20,063 nt of DNA, from assembly GCA_040005235.1 (NCBI GenBank), contig JBDTZG010000079.1, positions 1 through 20,063 of the forward strand, given 5' to 3'. The translations under genes and the position numbers were made by a program. This DNA comes from Acidobacteriota bacterium (GTDB lineage Bacteria > Acidobacteriota > Thermoanaerobaculia > Multivoradales > UBA5704). This document shows, one piece after another, positions 17,113 through 20,063 of the stretch (its first letter is position 1; every line of letters starts with the position of its first letter). The notes under the pieces were generated by a model that saw nothing but the letters and a program-made list of their open reading frames with translations, was not told the origin of the DNA and searched no databases.

Positions 17113-17149
17113 AAGCGAAGTGGATCCAAGCTTCGCAGATTTCGATCCG

Positions 17150-18322
17150 CTACCTGGAGGAGATTCGGCGGGGCCGTTCCACCGCGGTGTCGTCCAGGGA
17201 GCTTCCTTCTTCGGCCGGCTGGTGGAGCGCTTCAGCGTGGCGTCGTGCCCGAGCGGCGAGGCCGCGTTGGCGGATCAGGACGATCACTCCCACCTCCAGA
17301 CCGAGGAGCAGGAGTCCGAGGGTCGAGTCTCCGGTGGCCGCCACCAGGAGCGCCATGGCGCAGAAGCTGAGCGCTACCCCGTAGAGGGTGCCGACCGCCT
17401 TGGGCCGGCCGACGGGCGCATGGTCGAGCAGGTGGTGGATGTGGTTGCGGTCGGCGTGAAACATGCGCAGGAATCGCTCGGCCCAACGGCTCTTCGGCCG
17501 ATCGATGAAGCGCACCAGCATGACCAGCAGGGTGTCGAAGACAGGGAGCCCCAAGGCGAGGAGCGGTACCAGGATCGCGACCGCCGCGGGCGCCTTGATC
17601 GAGGAATGGACGCTCGCGGCCGCGAGCAGAAAGCCGAGGGTGAGCGACCCGGAGTCGCCCATGAAGATCTTCGCCGGCTGCCAATTGTGGCGCAGGAAGC
17701 CGAGGCAGGAGCCGGCGGTCGCGGCCATCAGCACGACCGTTCCCGGGTTTTGCTGGATCAGCGCGAGCGACAACAGGGTGCCCGAGATGATTGCGACCAC
17801 CCCGCCGGCCAAGCCGTCGAGGCCGTCGAGCAGGTTGATCGCGTTGGTCACGCCGACGATCCAGAGCAGCGAGACCGCGGGTCCCCAGAGCCCGAGATCG
17901 ACCTGGCCCAAGAGCGGCAGCCTGAGCTCGGAAAACGACCAGCCGACCCGCACCAGCAGGAACGCCGCGCCCAGCTCGACCAGGAACTTCTTCGCCGTCG
18001 ACACCCCCACCAGGTCATCGACCAGGCCGACCAGGAAGACCAGCGCGGTCCCCACTCCGAGGGCGACCAGATCCTGGCGCAGAATGCTCGCCTGCCAATC
18101 CTGCCATTGAAGAAGAGCGACCACGCTCGCCGACAGCGCCAAGCCCATGCCGATCGCGACGCCTCCCAGCCGCGGCACCGGCGCGTCTTGCCGTCGCCGG
18201 CCGCCCGGGTGATCGAGGACGCGAAGGGCGATTGCGAGACGGGTAATCGGTGGCACCAGGAGGTGCGTGATCAACCCGGCGACGGCGAAGGCGCCCGCGG
18301 CATAGAGGAGGAGCTTGTTCAT
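17150..18322 (-). CDS. wecA: MraY/WecA(Rfe)/TagO-family undecaprenyl-phosphate N-acetylhexosamine-1-phosphate transferase
   Basis: Multi-TM protein with D.P..R...[42 protein letters not shown] and [10 protein letters not shown] (the HIHH motif is typical of WecA). Confidence 0.88.
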   Translation of the reverse strand: MNKLLLYAAGAFAVAGLITHLLVPPITRLAIALRVLDHPGGRRRQDAPVPRLGGVAIGMGLALSASVVALLQWQDWQASILRQDLVALGVGTALVFLVGLVDDLVGVSTAKKFLVELGAAFLLVRVGWSFSELRLPLLGQVDLGLWGPAVSLLWIVGVTNAINLLDGLDGLAGGVVAIISGTLLSLALIQQNPGTVVLMAATAGSCLGFLRHNWQPAKIFMGDSGSLTLGFLLAAASVHSSIKAPAAVAILVPLLALGLPVFDTLLVMLVRFIDRPKSRWAERFLRMFHADRNHIHHLLDHAPVGRPKAVGTLYGVALSFCAMALLVAATGDSTLGLLLLGLEVGVIVLIRQRGLAARARRHAEALHQPAEEGSSLDDTAVERPRRISSR

Positions 18323-19464
18323 CGGGCGAAGGCCATCTTACGTTCGCCGGGAGGATTCGCCGGAAGTGCCGCCGCCGAGTCTGCAATCGCTTCGAGCGCT
18401 TTCGCCACTCCGGCCGCGTCGCCGACCGGAACCCGACGGTAGGCGGAGGCCGGCATCCGTTCCCGGCAGAGCAGATCGATGTCGGATTCCGCGCTGCCGA
18501 CGAACAAAATTTGTCGCCCCGACTCGATCGCGGCGTGGACCTTGGACGGCAGGACGTAGCCCACGAACTCGTCGCGGAGCGTGATCAAGTGGGCGGCCGG
18601 GGTCACCAGCAACCGCGCCAGGTCGGCGAGCGGCACCGGCCGGCTACGGTGGACCGGCAGGTTCGCCTCGCGAAGCACCGCCTCGACCCGGTCGGCACGC
18701 ACTCCCGTCGCGTTCAACCAGAGCGCCACGCGCCCCGAGCCTTGCCTGTGATGCCGCCGGTACCCCTCGACGAACGTCGCGTCGTCGTGTGCGACGCCGA
18801 AGTTGCCCGAGTAGAGCAGGAGGGTGTACTCCGCAAGCTCGGCCGGCGGGGCCAGGGGCGCAACGTCGGCTGGAATCTCGACCGGCGACGGATCGCGCTT
18901 CAGCCGGATTTTCGCGTCGGGAATGCCGAGGTCGAGCAGGCGTCGGCGTTGATCCTCCCCGAGCACCTCGAAACCGTCGACCCTGCGGCGCAGTGCCACG
19001 GTGAGCCGGTGAAACCCGCGTAGCCAGGCGGGAACCTTCGCCCTCTCGGCCATCAGGCATTCGGGATGAAAATCGGTGATCCGATAGGTCAGGCGCTTTC
19101 CCCAGAGGAGGTTGGCCGGCACCAGGAAGTGGATCAGGAACGGCGGGCTCCCGGTGAACAAAATCTCGTCCGCCGCCCGCATCTCGCGGCGAAGGCGCCA
19201 AAGCAGTCGCAGGTTGGTTCGGAGGGTCCAGAGCGCGCGGCCGCGAAAATTAGCCCGGTCGTAGCTCGGAGTGGCGAGGCGGACGATCCGCAGCCGCCCT
19301 TCTCCCGCACTCTCTTCGACGACCGAATCCGCGCCGGACGACAGGCCTGCGAGCACCACGGCTTGACCCGCCGCCGCGCGCTCGCGGGCAAACAGCAGGC
19401 TGTATTGGCCGACCGCCCCAAAATCGGGCGGCAACCAATCGCAGAGGTAAACCAGCTTGTGCAT
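18319..19464 (-). CDS. GT4-family glycosyltransferase (WcaI/WbuB-like)
   Basis: WLPPDFGAVGQ N-terminus, ITDFHPE, LLYSGNFGVAHD and VLPSKVHAAIESGRQILF. ATGA overlap with wecA. Start is ATG 19464 or TTG 19476. Confidence 0.82.
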   Translation of the reverse strand: MHKLVYLCDWLPPDFGAVGQYSLLFARERAAAGQAVVLAGLSSGADSVVEESAGEGRLRIVRLATPSYDRANFRGRALWTLRTNLRLLWRLRREMRAADEILFTGSPPFLIHFLVPANLLWGKRLTYRITDFHPECLMAERAKVPAWLRGFHRLTVALRRRVDGFEVLGEDQRRRLLDLGIPDAKIRLKRDPSPVEIPADVAPLAPPAELAEYTLLLYSGNFGVAHDDATFVEGYRRHHRQGSGRVALWLNATGVRADRVEAVLREANLPVHRSRPVPLADLARLLVTPAAHLITLRDEFVGYVLPSKVHAAIESGRQILFVGSAESDIDLLCRERMPASAYRRVPVGDAAGVAKALEAIADSAAALPANPPGERKMAFAR

Positions 19465-19497
19465 CGATCCGGACAACCCGACAGACTCCCCGGACGT

Positions 19498-20063
19498 CTA
19501 GCGCTCGGTCAACATCTCCTGGAGATAGCCGGATACCGTCTCTCGCTCGCGGCTGCCGAAATACCAGTCGATGGTCCGGCGCAGACCGTCCATGAACTTC
19601 ATCTCGGGTTCCCAACCCAGCAGCTCTCGTGCCAACCGGTTGCTCGCCACCCGGTTGAGCGGCCCGGTCGGCATGTGGGGAAGGTATTTGATCTCCGCTT
19701 CCTGGCCGGTATAGCGCAGCACCTCGCGCACCGCGTCGATCACCTGGGTGCGCTCCTCCGTGCCCAGGTTGATCGCCGTGCCGTCCTCGATCTTCTCGGC
19801 AGCGAGGACCATGCCGGCAACGATGTCGCCGACGTAGGTCCAGTTGCGGATCTGGGTGCCGTCGCCCCAGACCTCGAACGGGTTCTGGCGGATGAACGCG
19901 CGGGCGATCATCGCGATCACCGCGTGGTTTTCCACCCCGCGCTCGCCGTAGACCGTGAAGAAACGGCACGAGGCGGCCTTGAAGCCAAAGTCCTTGTGGT
20001 ACGCCTGGAGCGTCATCTCGGTCATCAGCTTCGCCCAGCCGTACATGTTGTCGGCGTCGTAGG
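19498..20063 (-). CDS. NAD-dependent nucleotide-sugar epimerase/dehydratase (extended SDR), 5'-truncated
   Basis: The frame is open to the window edge (YDADNMYGWAK, the catalytic YxxxK). Also RFFTVYG, VWGDGTQIRNWTYVGDIVAG, INLGT and LLGWEP. Confidence 0.92.
   Translation of the reverse strand, partial: YDADNMYGWAKLMTEMTLQAYHKDFGFKAASCRFFTVYGERGVENHAVIAMIARAFIRQNPFEVWGDGTQIRNWTYVGDIVAGMVLAAEKIEDGTAINLGTEERTQVIDAVREVLRYTGQEAEIKYLPHMPTGPLNRVASNRLARELLGWEPEMKFMDGLRRTIDWYFGSRERETVSGYLQEMLTER

Noticed and set aside
16946-17149. FMN riboswitch upstream of ribBA
   Set aside because: The conserved RFN elements (AGGGCGGGGTGAAATTCCCCACCGGCGGT, AGTCCGGATG) are absent. Only a short AGGGCGGG resemblance is present.
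16106-18442. Plus-strand ORFs 16106-17053 and 17120-18442
   Set aside because: Antisense shadows of ribBA and wecA.
1-20063. Mobile element, integrase, tRNA or rRNA
   Set aside because: No transposase or recombinase motifs, terminal inverted repeats or structural RNA signatures were seen.

Overview
GC-rich bacterial DNA with two convergent blocks. The + strand (761-15707) looks like one translationally coupled operon. It encodes a 1581-aa secreted Ig-rich stalk protein ending in a Cys-rich HExxH (zincin-like) tip, followed by an exported HEAT-repeat protein. Next comes a signal-less 'orphan' copy of the stalk protein's C-terminal ~575 aa with a diverged HExxH tip and its own diverged HEAT-repeat partner. 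A 1730-aa secreted Ig/Ca-binding-repeat/LVIVD-propeller protein and a Tat-type vanadium haloperoxidase complete the block. The - strand (15731-end) carries ribBA and the end of a surface-polysaccharide cluster (WecA/MraY-family transferase, GT4 glycosyltransferase, NAD-dependent epimerase). The main observation is the stalk-tip1/partner1/orphan-tip2/partner2 layout. It has a ~690-bp direct repeat (about 93% aa identity) directly upstream of the variable, low-GC tips. This is the organisation of Rhs/CDI/MafB polymorphic toxin loci, but on a scaffold I do not recognise as any of those. All family assignments come from motifs read by eye; no database searches were run.
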